Shown piece by piece: positions 1 through 14,904 of a stretch of DNA of 64,000 nt (the stretch's first letter is position 1; every line of letters begins with the position of its first letter). The translations under genes and the position numbers were made by a program. This stretch comes from Octopus vulgaris (Eukaryota), in the NCBI GenBank assembly GCA_951406725.2, contig OX597819.1:16616001-16680000 (forward strand), given 5' to 3'. The notes under the pieces are model-generated. The model had not been told where the DNA came from, did not search any database, and saw nothing but the letters and a program-made list of their open reading frames with translations.

Positions 1-3000
1 GTCAAGTAATAGTTTATTGAATCAATACTCCTCAGAGTATTACTGGTACTTCTTTTATTGACTCCCAAAGGAACAAAGGGCAAAGTTGGCCCTGGCAGGA
101 TTTGAACATCAAAATTTGTGGCCTTTACTGGTTAGATTTACTTCTTAGAGTAACTAAGAGCAACACTTATCATCTGAAACACAACACACACACACTGAAT
201 GATTATAAAAACAAGATGAGATGTTGTAGTATTCAAGCCTTTACAAGAAGCATTAGGAGTGGTTGTGAACTGACTCCAACTGAAGATTGAAACCAAGGAC
301 ATCGGTTACTGAGATATTAACTTGTATCAACATCCTCCATTATGATCCAATAATAATGATGATGATGATAATTTCTTACATAGGCACAAAATTTTCCTTT
401 GTAAGGGTGGGGTTTCAGTTGATTATATCAGCACCAGTATATGACTGGTGGAGATTTTAATAACTGTCCACCTAGGAAGAAAGGCAAAGTCAACATTATT
501 GGGACTTGAACTCAGAATGTTGAAAGATGTAAAGACATATCATAAAGCATTTTTATCTGGTGGATCAACAAAGATATTGCCCATGAGAGCAAAACATACA
601 TATCAAACAAAAAAAAACCCCAACAAAAATCACCCTCCCCCCATTTAATGTTGAACTTGAAACCACAACTTCAAGAGTTTTTTTCTCTACCAACAGAGCT
701 GATTGAGAGGCTCCAGACTTGAAATATCAAGAAATTATATCAACCCTAGTACTCAAGTTTGTTCTTTATTTTATGGAGCTCAGAAAAGGATGAGAGGCAA
801 AACTGACCCCCTCAGCAGGCTTTAGGTTTAGTAAACACCCCCACCCAAATACTGCTGGGTATTTTGTCTGATACAGTAACATTCTGTTTTCCCTCAGCCT
901 TGTGTAATGATGATGATGATGATGATATAAACCTAATTTAGGCACAAGGCCAACAATTTTGAGATGACAGGGGATACAGTAGGTTGAATTGACTGGCACT
1001 ACTATTATACTACTACTACTACTACTAATAATAATAATAACAATAATGATCATATCTGTTTGGAATGCAGGCAAGTGTAAGTATGAAGTTGTGGAGTTCA
1101 TTCTAAGCCCAGATAATACAAAATATATAAGGCAGCCAAGGAAATAAGATAAACAAGCAAACATAAAATAAAGAAAAATGAAATATGTAAAACAAAAGAT
1201 AATTAAATATAGATTAAGTTAAAATCACAAGTTAACAAAATATTGCTAATTATTGCTCATTACATATTGCTTACATATATACATTTATACATACACACAC
1301 ACACACATATATATATAGACACACAAACACAAATATAGAAATGCAGGCATGTGAGAGTGTGTATGTGTGTGTGTGCATTAATATGCATAAACATAGATTT
1401 ACTTTTGTTTAGTCTAAGGGCCAAGGTTTTGTAAAAGCACAGCCTATTGTTGATTGAATAAACTCCAGCCAATATATCACTGGTGCTTATTGACACTGGA
1501 AGAAATACTGAACAGGCAAAAATCAACTGCCTCTCATATTTACATGCACACATATACATACATACATACACATGCATACATACAAATCCTTTTTTTCCAC
1601 ATGATTTGGTCAGAAGAGAAATGGGAAGTGCCCAAGAGAGTTTACAGAGTTACTGACAGTGGTTGGAAAATACAAATCCACAGATAAAATACATCTCGTG
1701 TGTGTGTTTGTGTGCATGGATGTACAAGCATGGCTATGCAGTTAAGTACACTCAGCAGCCACATGTTTCTGGGTCTGATCTAACTACATGGTACGCAAAA
1801 ACCATGCAGATGCTGTCCAGCTTATGTGCATGCACACACACACATTGTTACACATGAATCACATTCATTGAATATAGGACAGAAAAACAACATAAACACA
1901 TTTTTATTGAGCTGGGAATCATCAAAGTGAATATATGCAGTGTATATAAATTGTATGGGCACAAAAACAAAAAGACAAGCTGCTGAGGCATTGGACTATA
2001 GCCCTTCCTGTAACTAACCCATGTATATTTTTCGAGTTGAGGGATTTCTCATTTTACACATCATCAACAGTGTGCAGTAAGCAAATGATTTGCTGACAAG
2101 AGATGTGATGACAAACACCACTTGTATTTTGGGACTTTGGTAGAGAGTAAATACAGACACATCCACCCCACACACACACATGATGAGCTGTTTCCAAATA
2201 TGCTCCCAAGGACTTGGTCAACTTGGAACTATAATTGAAAAACATTTGTCCAAGGTGTTGAGCAGTGAGACTGAACCCCAAACCGTTTGGTTGGGAAGCA
2301 AACTTCTTAACCACACAACTGTGCCTGCATCATATTAGTTGCTTTATCTTCCCTTATTGAGCCCTATATCAATGTTTAAACTGAAATGTATAAATATGTA
2401 TTGTACATACAGTTATATAAATACATATATACATTATAACAGCTGAATGACATGTAAGAAATTATTTAATAAACCCAACAAACCAGCTGTTTGAAATGTA
2501 CACAGACACAGAGACACATCTTTGAAAATGGTTTAGCACGACTATATAATGGAATGATTTCTAACATTGACACAAGGCTATTCATTTTGGAGGACAGAGG
2601 TACTGGCTTTTCATATGATTGATCCCGATAGACGACCAGTTATATTTCATCAATGACAGAAAGACAAAAAATGCTAAACCAACCATGGCAGAATCTAAAC
2701 TCAGAACTTAAAAACAGATTTAACAAAATGCTCTCTCGTGCTTTTACCAGTTCTCGCCATCCAATGCCTCCAGTATACACAATACCATAAATTTAAGGAA
2801 GATAGGCACAGCCAGCTGATATCAACTCCAGTACTTGACTGGTCTTTATTGTATTGATCCCAAAAGAGAATACGTTGGGAAGGTATCAGAGAATGTTATG
2901 TAGAGGTGGATAAAAATGCTGCAAAGCATTTTGATCCAATACTCCACACATTCTAACACAAACAGCCATTATCAATAACAATAATAACAACAACAATGTT

Positions 3001-3299
3001 TCTAATTTTGGCATGAGGCTAACATTTTGAGGGGAGGGGCAAGTCGATTACATTGATTCTAGTACTTGTCTAGTGCTTTATGTTATCCATCACAAAAGGA
3101 TGAAAAACAAAGCCGACCTCTGCGGGACTTGAACTCAGAACTAAGTTGGGGGAAATACCACAAAACAATCATCAACGCTAATGGTTCTTTCAGTTCACCA
3201 GTGATGATGATGATTTTAAATATGGTCAATTTATGAAGGAGCAGAAGGTTAACATGCATTTCAGTTTATGCAGAGAGATTAGTTGAAATGCTCTTAGTA

Positions 3300-3640
3300 A
3301 ATATAGAAAGAAGATTTGACCCCAGAAAGAACATCTCAAGCTGTTCCCATGAAGAATTGCCAGCTAAAGTTGTCCTCTTGAAGAGAACCAAGTTGATTCC
3401 CACAAGCAATAAGTGAAGTTGATTCTGAGGAGGACGATAAGCAAACTGGATCTTAGAAGAGATTATTGGATTTAATTCCTGGCAGAATATGAATTGAGAA
3501 CACAGAAGTCAGTAATGGGTTATTTTGCAAAGAGAGTAGAATTAAGAGTCCTGCTGAAGGAAAGAGAGATATAGCAACTTCTGATGGATTTTGATAATAC
3601 AGAGGTTTAGTTGTGAACCATTGTACAGCAGACAAACAGC
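3300..3640 (+). pseudogene. Possible highly decayed LINE (APE endonuclease region) remnant
   Basis: Fragments resembling DFN...VMG.F...EG...LL.DF of RTE-type endonucleases; many stops. Confidence 0.3.
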
Positions 3641-3804
3641 TATCATCTGATAGCAGTGGTCTGTAAAGAGGATATATATATATGTATGTATATATAATAG
3701 AATGAAATGACTAGCCCCAATATGTGACCAATAATCTAGTGGCAGGTTTTTTTAACTCTATGAAGTGTGACGCAATGAATGAATACATTTTAGCTTGGCA
3801 ACCA

Positions 3805-3805
3805 C

Positions 3806-3856
<51 letters not shown>
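3805..3856. repeat. (AAT)n microsatellite
   Basis: Perfect aataataat run. Confidence 0.95.
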
Positions 3857-3857
<1 letters not shown>

Positions 3858-4074
3858 GCTTATTATTTAGGTACAAACTGAGCAATGTTGAGGGGCGGGA
3901 GTTAGTTGATAATCATCAATCCATGTGCCTGAATGGTAATTTATTTTATTGATCCCAAAAAGTTGAGGGGCAAAGTTGTTCTTGATAGGATTTGAACACA
4001 GACTAAAGAACAGAAACAAATACTGCAAAGCATTTTATTCGATGCTCCAATAGTTCTGCCAACCCACTGCCATC

Positions 4075-4110
<36 letters not shown>

Positions 4111-7100
4111 GCTTCATATTGTAGCACAAGGCCAACAATTTGATGGGAGGGGGTAAGGTGATTACACTGATTCCAGTGCTCAATTGGTATATATTCTACC
4201 AACCCCGAGAGGATGAAAAGCAAAATCAACCTCAGTGGAATTTGAACTCAGAATGTGAAGCTGAGAAAAATGCTACTAAGCATTTTGTCTGGTGCAGTAA
4301 CAATTCTGCCAGTTTACTGCCTCAATAACAACAACAACAACATACTCAAAACCAAAAACTTTGCACAAGTGGAAAACAAGAAAAATAATGTATTAATCAT
4401 TGAGATTTGAACTCATAACATAAAGGGACATCCATACGCTGCAGGAACTTTTGTTCAATGCTCAATTACTTCTGCTATACACAATCCCCAGCCCCAACCC
4501 TTTATATTTTTTTTTAAAGCCTTAACATCAGCAGAAAGCCATAAAAATTGAGGCTAGGAGTAGTTGACATGGTTCCTTGAGTGGTACTTATTTTATCAGC
4601 CCCAAAAGGCAAAATCAACCCCTATGGGCTGGTTCATAAACAGAAAGCAAAGAGATAAAACTAAATATTGTGAAGTCTGTTTCCGCCAACAACAAATGGA
4701 TTCAATCACCCAGTGCCTTCTAGAAGCAATGGAAGCAGGAATGGCAGGAATACTGTCATGATAAAATTACTTTTATTTTTATTTCAAAATGTCTTGTATT
4801 TAAATTCTCTTCAGTTTGTTAACATTTTTTTTACTGATCTGCCATGAATATGTGGCATCTTTATGTTAATGCAACCTGCGTCTTTTATTATTTTGTTTTA
4901 TCTAAGTTTCATTTGTTAGTTTTCAAAAATTTCATATAATTAAAGGAAACAAAATTGTAAATTTTTGATTGGAAATTATATACAACACACAAGGCTATAT
5001 ACAAGACGCAGACACATTCATATATGCACACTCATTATATACTGAGATTGCTGACTATTTCATCTCAAAAATTGCAGAGTGTGAAATTCAATCAACCATC
5101 TTAAATATTTGAATACACCCACAGCATATATTGAGTACTACCTTACTCTTCCATTTACAAGCTGTAATATTTAAACATTTTACATGCACACACATACACA
5201 CAGAGTTTGTTATTTAGGGGTTCAGATTCTGATATATAAATGAAATTCAGTCGTGAGGAAGTTGTGCATATTGGTCTGTGTGTGAATGTCAGTACATATT
5301 CATACATATACATTTTATATATCCATATAATCTGCACATTCACACACACACACACATAATACTGATAGCACACACACTTTGTTGGTCAGATAGCAAAGCA
5401 AAATTATTAAAAAAAACAAACAGTGGCAATGATAATTGGTACTTTTAGTAGAGTTGCTACTTGTGGTGTAGTTGCGATGGTATTTGTAGTAATAACAGTA
5501 GTAGTCATTGGTCAATAAAAAAAGCATAGCAAATAAACTATCAGCTAAATATTATCTTTAAAACAGGTTCACCTTCAACTCTTCACCTCCCACAGCAACA
5601 GTAGTTTTATCAGGGGCTTGGGAAAAAAAACTGGGGTTTTTTTGGTTTTTTTTCACAACAGTTTTCGTTATATTTTAGATATTATTTTGGATTTTGGTAA
5701 AACAATTCAGAATATCTTTAATATTGCAAGAAAAGGATTCTTGAATTGCCACAGATGTAAAATAAATGATGTTTGACGGTGGGGGGGGGGTAAGAACATC
5801 ATTCCTTCTCTGAGACCTACTCCATCACAGAGGTCACATGTTTCAGTTCAGTGCTTCTCTGAAAACAATACCAGAGACTAGTGAGGGTTGGAGCCTCTTG
5901 TGGCTGAGAGACCTGTTCTACCACCCACAACATTCCTTGTTTCACTTCCCCCTCAGATCAATCACAAAGTGAATGCTCCCTAAAATGGAATAACATTGAG
6001 TAAACTGTCAAAAAAAAGTACTCTACATCAAAAGATTTGAACCCTCAAACTGTAAGCAATCCACTACTGCATCCATTTAGCCATTTCATTTCTACTTCTT
6101 GCTCCTCTGAGGGTATAAAACTAAAATCTATCCTCATACGATTTGAACCATGTTGAAATAAGGGACCTCATTTCCACCCTGCACAAATGCTCTAATCTAG
6201 TCCCTTTCTATATACAATAAGTACATCTGCAATAAATAAAGAACTTAACAAAGTTACTCAACAGACAATTTCCATCAATAACAATAATAATGACAACAAA
6301 ACAGAAAAAAAGTGTGATGCTGAAGGAGTTTCTAAAGTCACTCACCCTGCCAGAAATAGCAGGAAATAACCCTCCTAAGTCAAACACCCACTGTCCTAAA
6401 TACAGAAAAAAGTTATATTAAACATTATAGTCTTGGATGTATAAGAAACAGGATGGGCATGATCTTTGATTGTAGGTCTGTTTTATCTGGGATGACCTGG
6501 GGCTAAGCATCAACAACTATTAGCTCCTCACAACCATTTCTAAAATGTGGGTTACATGCTGAAGTTAGAAAACTTAGAATAAAAATCTGTCGGTAATAAA
6601 AATGAAAGATGACTGTGATTGAAATATGAATGATATTGTTTGTAACAAACAAAACATAGCTTGACCAATAACTTGGGAGGTTACCATCACTATTAAGTAT
6701 TCCATTGGTTACCATCATTGTCATGTCTTCTGCTCAAGCATAAAGATGATGATGATAGGTTTCCACACTCACACAAGGTCATAAATTTGTTAGGGGAGGA
6801 GTGGAGACAACTGAATATATATATACTGTCTGCTCCATTATATATGAAGTGGGGGTCTAGTTTTTATATCAGCTTTGGATGGCTGAAAACCAAAATTGAT
6901 CCTAGTGAGATTTCAACTTAGAAATCTTTTAAAATGTTTTATATCAATGATGGTTCCTTTCTGATGTACAAAGTTGTTCAATAAAATAAAATAAAATAAA
7001 TAAAAAAAGAATGCAGGGAAGATACAGGTGATTGTTTTGATCCCACACCGCATAACTGGTACTGAAACTTTAAAATGATACAGCTCACCAGAATCAAAAA

Positions 7101-8850
7101 GAATGAAACTAACTACTTATTTTAATAAATATATCACAATTTGTGAACAATAGTGCCATTGGTTACAGGTGTCCAATGGGGCAATCACAGGTTCACTGTA
7201 TAATATGACGGCAAGTAGTACTGAACAACTTGCTGCAGAACAAATATCACTGGGGACACTGTTCAAAAAGTATTGGGTTTTAGTTTTTTTCTTGTGAATG
7301 TTGCCATCTTTGTTGGCAAAAAATATATGCATACAACCATTTGTCTATCTCTACACATTACTATATGACAGGCCTTGAAGCAGTTCCTGTCAACTAAATT
7401 CTACTCATAATTGGTCAATATGAAGATGGTTGCCCAAGGTACTGTGCAGTTAGATTGATTCCAGAACCATGTGGTTGCAAGGCAAACTACTTTGATCACA
7501 AAACCATGCCTGTGCCTCTACTTGTAGTCTAGTGTTCAAAAGTAGAGATGGTGGCAATGACAATTTGTTTTTTTACATATCTACAAGAGACATCACAAAT
7601 ATGCAAGGAATTGCATAAACATAATTAAAGTAATTCCTTCACATGAGTGGTTTTGTTTTATTAACATTATCAAAGATTAAGTCAAACCTAGAAGGTTTTG
7701 AATTCAAGGACAAACAGACAGAAAGCTCAGTACTGTTTAGCTTTTTGCCTGGTAAGTCAAGTGTGACACTCTACAACCCTTGTAATGATGATGATAACGA
7801 AACAAATCCTAATAATGAAATTATGATGATGATAAAAATGAACTTTTTCTTGTATCAACTGAGCTTTAAACACCACATCAGGTCGTTATTACTGATGAGT
7901 TAATCAAAATATCTTGATATGATGTGGTTAATATGCTCAATGATTAAAATACCCTGCCAACTTTGTCTTGAGACACAAATATATATGCATATATGTATGT
8001 ATGTATGTATGTGCATTTGTGTAAGTATGAAAGATCACAATTGAATCATCAAATTTCGTTTGTTTTTAGTCGATGTAAGAGGGAGTATGCTGCTAATGAG
8101 ATGTAAAAAGAATGGATAAGGGGAAATGAAGGCTGAATGGTGTGGAAGTTTAATGCTAATACCATGATATAGCAATGATGTATAGGTTTATATAAGTAAA
8201 CATAGTTGAAAGCAGTGAAATCCTGGGACCTTTGACAGGGTCTGCTTTAACAAAAGATGATATTACCAATGGAAGAAAGTACTTATAGATAAGCTTCATT
8301 ACCAGAGAGTCAGTCTATGCAACTATTACACCTATATACATGGTGATCAATATTAGAATGAATTGTTACTACTACATCTACAACTGTGACTAGTATTTGT
8401 CACTATTATGTCTACATATGTGGGCTCGACTATTTTTTGCGAGCCTGTGTTTATATGTACGACAGATTACAATTGTATCTTTATATAATATAGTCAACAA
8501 TAAAATGTATTTTATACTACTATTGTATCTACATATGTGGCCAATATTTAACTATTTTGTGTACAACTTACTATTGTGTCTACACATCTAGTCAGTATCT
8601 GACTGCACAATTAACTATTTATTATAATCCTCAACAGTAAATAATAGATATTCCACTAAACTCCTCCAAAGTCATTCTTATATTAAAAATTAATTGAAAC
8701 ACTTAGGTAGTCTGAAGAATATAGTCATAAAAGAACTTCCTTGCTGTGATAGATTTTAAAAGACGTCAGCACGTGTACACACAGACACACACACACACTC
8801 GGAGCTACTGAAATAATCGATTAATGAAATGTGACAAAATAGGGTATAAC

Positions 8851-8877
8851 CTGGAGTGCAAGTAAACTGGTGATGGC
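8851..8877 (-). CDS. Candidate 27-nt Musashi microexon (GHHQFTCTP-G), phase 1 to 1
   Basis: ctcttttgttgtccctgtgttaccatcatag|GCCATCACCAGTTTACTTGCACTCCAG|gttata. Frame-preserving and stop-free, but the donor is weak beyond CAG|GT. Confidence 0.3.
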
Positions 8878-10609
8878 CTATGATGGTAACACAGGGACAA
8901 CAAAAGAGTCCAATAAGCTCAAAGGACATAAGAAGTGAAGAATCCAATGCTTCGCATCATTTCCTTTCATCAGAAAATGAGGAAGAGAGTGAAAGCATTG
9001 TTGTTGTTGTTGTTGAGGGTAAGTAAATGAGGAAAGACTTCAAATTTAATGTATAATAAAGGAGTGTGAGAGAAAAGTTTTAGAAGTGATGTGAGAGGGT
9101 CAGAAGTTTAGGGTGCATGATGAACAATGGGCAGGAAGCTACAAATTAAAGAGAAGCCAATGCCTACAGAAGGTAAACGGAAAAGGTAAAAAGAGTTGCA
9201 GAAGAAATGATAATAGCAAACTGACCCCTGATTGCGCAAGCCCTAATATAACGGATAGAAATTAACAGGTTTCATGTTATTTGTCTGCCAGACAGGACAA
9301 TGTTTCCCTAGGTTACAATAAGACTCTGCAAATGACAGAGCTTTACGGCTAATTCACATAATCAAGGAAGGATGAAAGGCAAAGCTGACCTCAGAAGGAT
9401 ATGAATTCTTAACAAACACGCTGCATTTGTGTAAAATACACACTGATATATAATGTGGACCCCTAATTTCAGGCCATGAAATATCTCTTGAGTCTATGTA
9501 CTGACTTTCCTTTAATACAAAGTGTTTAGTCAAATCTGTTAACATATGAGTTATATATGAATAAATATACAAATCATAGCAATAATGATCATCATTCTCA
9601 TTTTTATTATCCATCTACATCAGTGTAGGTAGGATAGGTCTGCAACATGGCATATCATCACATCTCAATCCTTTGTCAGGATCTCATCTCACTATTTAAT
9701 GAAGTGATACAGCTTGGCTCATTATCAACTCCATTAACTACAATAATCTCGCCCAGCTTTGCCAAATCCCCAACACTAACAGCTATTTCTAAGGGCTATC
9801 AGACAAAAAACAAAATCCTTTCAGCTGAAACTACCTCCCATATTGTGTTACTTGTATGATATTTTTGAACAGTTTTTTTTCTCTTTTCACGAATTCCTTA
9901 TACTGTACCTTAGTCAGAGAGTGTTACCATCTCATAAACAACTAAATTTTGCACAAGGCCATGGCCATATATTTGAGAAAAAGTATAATGAAATAAACAA
10001 ACCCATTACATGACATATGTTCTTTTAGCAACCCTCAAAAGGATGAACTGTAATGTTACACTGTGCCAAGTTTTGAACTCAGAACATGAATTTATGTAAC
10101 AAAATACAAGTTTTTTTTTAATATTTTTTTTTATTTTGACCTGGCAATCTACTGCCATCTAAATGATGATAATGCTTATTTTTGGCACAAGATCACAAAT
10201 CTGTAAGCACTCTACTAATTCTACCATTCGATAATAATAAAAATGACGATGATAATAGTGGTGGTTCTTGGCAAGGGCAATGGGTGTGGATTATATTCAA
10301 GAAATGTCTGGCGCTCATTTGAAGTCAACCAGTGAGATTTCGCTTCAAAAATATTTGTCAATTTCAGGAAAATTTCCATAATAATAATGATTCCTAATAC
10401 AGACACAAACTGGTGGAGTTTGTTAGATAAATACTGTTGATTCTATGTTCCCCAATCCATCACTAGTGCTAACTTTATCAAAAAACTCAAGAAATGCAAA
10501 GTTGACCTTGGTGGCACCAGAAACATAAAAGGATCTCACCAAATATCACACTAGATTCTGTCTGGTGTTCTATCAGTTCTGCTACAACAGGCCTCTACAT
10601 GGCCTTTCA

Positions 10610-10770
10610 ATGTGTTAGAAATAGTAGCCAAATCTACTTCAAATCCCAGCCTATCATCATCAAGGAAGGACAAGTTGGATAATGTAATTTTGGATGGGGG
10701 GTGGTCATGGCCAAGATGTCTTTGAACATAGGTCTGTTCAATCAGGGCTGACCTGGGCTAAACAATAATA
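10610..10770 (+). mobile_element. Old dispersed repeat family D (ends gacctggggctaaacaacaa)
   Basis: ttagaaatagtagccaaatct...ggtcatggccaagatgtctttgaacataggtctgttcaatcagggctgacctgggctaaacaa. Similar copies near 6350, 22980, 25440, 37355, 48150, 53000, 56470 and 63940; reverse copies near 27545, 30990, 35350 and 61335. Confidence 0.7.
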
Positions 10771-13700
10771 TGTAACAACAATAAGTTCCAACATTGGCAC
10801 AAGGCCAGAAATAATGGAAGAAAGAACAAACAATTATATCAGTCTCATTACATAACTGGTACTTTATTTTACCAACCCCTGAAGGATGAAAGACTAAGTT
10901 AATCTCAGTGGGATTTGAACTCAGTATGAAAATACTTCAAGGCATTGTGTCTAGTGTTCTACCAACTTCACCCATCTACGATCCTCCTTGGACTGAGGAT
11001 AATACTTTAAAAATGAAATATGTAATGCTGATATTTATTATTATTATTAAAGGAATCTGAAATGGTTGTTGGCCACAGTGGGAGGGAAGGTAGCCAGGGT
11101 TCAAATATATGATGAGTAAAATAACATTTATATAACACAAACAAAAACAAACAAAACACATGAACATGTTGCCCAAAGAGACATGGGTTTGATTCCTGCC
11201 TGACTCTTTGTCACTAACTTTTTCATTTTAAATCTGTAGATCTTACAGATTCATTACACAATACATACATAAACACACATGCACACACACATACACACAA
11301 ATACACACACTCACACACAGATACATATACCCACACATGTGAATGCATGTGTATATAACAATTTAAAAAAAAAAAAAAAGCTAACTTGTGTTTGTAGAAA
11401 GGAATTTGGTTTGGGAATCAAAGAGAAAATGAGGAGCCATGAAAAATGGAAAAAAAAAAGAAAAGAAATTGAAAAGAAAGGTTTAATGTCTGAATTGATT
11501 ATTTCCTTTCATTGCAGAGATGAGGATTTTGGGTCGAATTGCAAGAGCATGGCAATATGTGGAGGCACACTTGTGCCAAGTAATTTCATATGCGAGTAGG
11601 TGTTATTTGCTTTGTTGTTCTTCCCTGTATGTGTAAATTTTGGAGTATTTCTCAGTGAATAGTCTTAGGTTTGAATATATGCAGTGATTCTCCTTCCATG
11701 TGTTAATTTAGAAATTATTTTTTGATTAATATGATGTACCTCACTTGCCCTATAGATTTAATATAGTAGTGGGGTATTACCATTGCAGCACAGCAATGTA
11801 TGTGTGAATGTGTATTCAACGTGTGGTGAGATGGACCTGGTTCATACCAGTTTTGCACAAAATGGTTCATAGCTGGTTGTTGAAGAGAGACTGAGATGAA
11901 AAAGCTATAAGGATCATTATAACAAGAAAGTGATGCAGTTGGTTCTTTAATGCCTTGAATAAAAATTAAACCTTGCATTTGCTGTCATAAAAATTTCTAT
12001 TTTCATATTAAGTTTAAAAGACTGGTAATTATTTGCTATGGTGATTGTAAAAAAAAAAAAAGGGTGTGAGTGTTAAACGTGGCAGGATTTGAACTCAGAG
12101 TACACAGAGTCAGAATAAATGTCTCAAGCAGATTAGCAAATCTGCTAGGGGGTTGGACAAAATACCTTACAGTATATCTCTGTGTTCTGACAGTAATGGC
12201 TGCAATATTATTGATGCCTTAGAGAGGAGAGACCCATGCATGGCCAACTGCTAGTCTTCCTCAGATATTCTTGTTCAGGAGTGCAAGTACATTTGCAGAC
12301 AAATGGTCAACTCTGACCAGCAGAGGCACTGTAGATCAGAGGAATTGTGTATTTGCATTGTTATGGGCCCGTCTTCTCAGTTTGTATCACTTTGCTTCAG
12401 TCCCTAAACTGTCACTTCCCATAAAACTTGTCATCAAAAATATAACCACATCGGGTTATTTTAAGTATTGTCCTTTTTACCATTACACAATACTTTAGCC
12501 CCTATTACCTTAACTATGTATTTTTGTGTTTCTATAAAGGGAGAGTCTATCTACATTTTTCCAGTAGTTTTAGTCACGCTTCCCCTTTATTGGCATCTCA
12601 TCATCTTGCAACAAATTGCATCTCCTAACTTCATTTGAAAATTCTTCCCAATCAGATGAAGGTCCAAAGCAATAAAGCATTATATTCTACAATCCTAATG
12701 ACAAATAAATTTATCAAACACCTCATATTTTGATTGATTGACATAGAACAATGTCCCTAGCTTCCTTCAAGCCTTAATTTTACACAATTCCAATATCTGA
12801 TTAATAAAGATATATTTTACTGCAGCATTATTTTAATGTGAAATCCATAATTTTTTCAGACAGAACTCACAGTTAAGAAAATTAGAGCTCAGCAAACTGG
12901 TTAAAATTTTGGAAGCTCACCACGGTATCACACACACGCACATACATACAGAGATATGTACATAGATCTGTTGAAAGCTGAATAAACTTTAACTCCATCA
13001 AAAATCACATTGTTTTGCACAAGGCATCTTGAATGAATATCTTGTGAAAAAACCGGTAATGCTAGAGTGAGGTTTCTGTTTTTCAAAAAATGAATAAATG
13101 AAGGCGTATTTGAATCTGGTCAATATCATGTGTGTGTGTGTGTATGTATGCATATTATATACATTAATATATATATACGCACACACACCTGCATGTATAT
13201 ATGTGCACTTTAGTTCTTTCACTAGCTTAGTCAGAATGAAGGGGAGCACCAGTGACCATTACACAGGACCTCAAAGACTGATGAGAGAATGGGAGGAATA
13301 TCTTAAATGTTCTCATACAAGAAACCTCATGTGATTGCTTCCAGTATCTTACACTCTTTTAAAGAGACCCAACTGCTGGGTGTTGATGTTAAACTCAGCA
13401 AAGGAAAAGTCTGCCTCCTATATACACATATTACATGTTGAAGATGTGGTCACATTTTACTTAATGATAGGTAAAAATGGTGGTTGTAGATGTAATAGTG
13501 CTTTCAGAGAAAGTTACACAATTTATGTTTGTTTTGATTTGGTAATATACAGTTTTCTATGATAGCTTTGGTTTTATATATAATGCAAATCAGCATGCAC
13601 ACTGCATTGATTTCAACAATGTATCTTCCAATTGCACTGAATATCCTCTTCAGTGACTCATAAATTCAAGAGGCTGAGTACTTCAGAGACATGTGCACCC

Positions 13701-14744
13701 TTAATGTAAGCCTTGAGCAGTAACAGCATAATACAGTTTGTGGCAAGGTTAAACCTTTGAATTACAATTTTTTTCTACTTTTGATATGGTTTCTCTCTCC
13801 CTAATTTCCCTCACAAAATACAGATCAGTCTGAGACAATGCAAAAACTCCATTTCACAAAATGCCGAGGAGAGAGATCAAGCCCAGGACCTCAAGGTTCT
13901 CATCTTCTTAACAATCAAAGTGTGCCTGTTCACAAATATAGAAGCTTTCATTGGCTTCTGTCAATGGACTGTGGCTAGAGAGAGAGACACCAGAATATAA
14001 CTGATTACATTCATGCAGTCATTCAGGGAGTAAAATCAAATTGGAAAAGAGGGAGGTGGGGTATTGTGTGTTCATGTGTGTTCGTGCATGTGTGAAGACC
14101 CACACACACACACACACTACTATTTGACAGTACGAGTGAAAGGAAGTTTTAAAAAAAGGTATAAAATATTTATAATGTAACAAACAACATTGTAATGAGT
14201 TAACAGACAACTTCCCACCTAAACAAATGTGTGCATGTACATGTGTAACTGGGTGTGTGTATACATACACATGTGAATGTGTGTGTGTGTGTGTATTATA
14301 TATATAAATGCTCTTGCATAATTTGCCCAATTTCCAATCAGGAATGATTTAATGCCAAAAGTATGATATATGTATATATTGAAAAAAAATAAATAAATAA
14401 AAAAAAAAGATAAAAATCACCAATGTCCATTTTATATTTACAACCAGATATGACTGAGATGATGAAATTGAACTGGATAAAAGCCACATTGTCATAATTT
14501 ATTACAGCAAAGTGTCTATCATTTGCTTCTTGCCATTTAAAAAGGGTGGGAAAAAAAAAAAAGTGGTGGGGACCAAAAGACTTTGTTGAAGCAAAAGCAA
14601 ATTGCAAGGTAACAGGTATCTCACGACAGACCAGTTTATCGGTGGGGGAGGGGGGTCTTTTATCTGTGTGAGACCACTTTAGATTGTCATTTCAGACACT
14701 GGACATTGACATTAAACATGAAGTATTAACTTAAGTGAGCAATC

Positions 14745-14749
14745 ATGTA

Positions 14750-14789
<40 letters not shown>

Positions 14790-14858
14790 CATACATACAT
14801 ATATATATATTTATATATATTCATATGCATACAAAAATGCATACTTATTTGGATATGT

Positions 14859-14904
<46 letters not shown>

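Larger units (their letters stand above)
370..4325 (-). mobile_element. Cluster of degenerate tRNA-derived SINE family A copies, all in the same orientation, interspersed with (TAA)n/(TGA)n tracts
   Basis: Recurring plus-strand motifs ggcacaaggcc...actggtactt...aaggatgaaaggcaaagtcgacc...gatttgaactcagaa...aaagcattt at about 370-580, 720-900, 2570-2760, 2800-2950, 3000-3200, 3860-4080 and 4110-4325. Confidence 0.85.

Noticed and set aside
1045-1240. Long AG-free U-rich tract on minus ending gggcttag|AATGAACTCC, a possible next Musashi exon
   Set aside because: Immediate stop in the required phase-1 frame, no good donor, and no similarity to Musashi tails that I recognise.
7117-7332. Unique-looking minus-strand ORF with internal acceptors
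   Set aside because: Only a weak donor and no recognisable Musashi-like peptide; insufficient support.
8320-8610. Degenerate repeats of actattgtgtctacatatgtgg
   Set aside because: Old minisatellite-like decay with irregular period; no further structure evident.
14612-14678. Hairpin ggtatctcacgacaga / tctgtgtgagacc as a possible pre-miRNA
   Set aside because: Only about 13 bp with bulges and a large G-rich loop; too short for a Drosha substrate.
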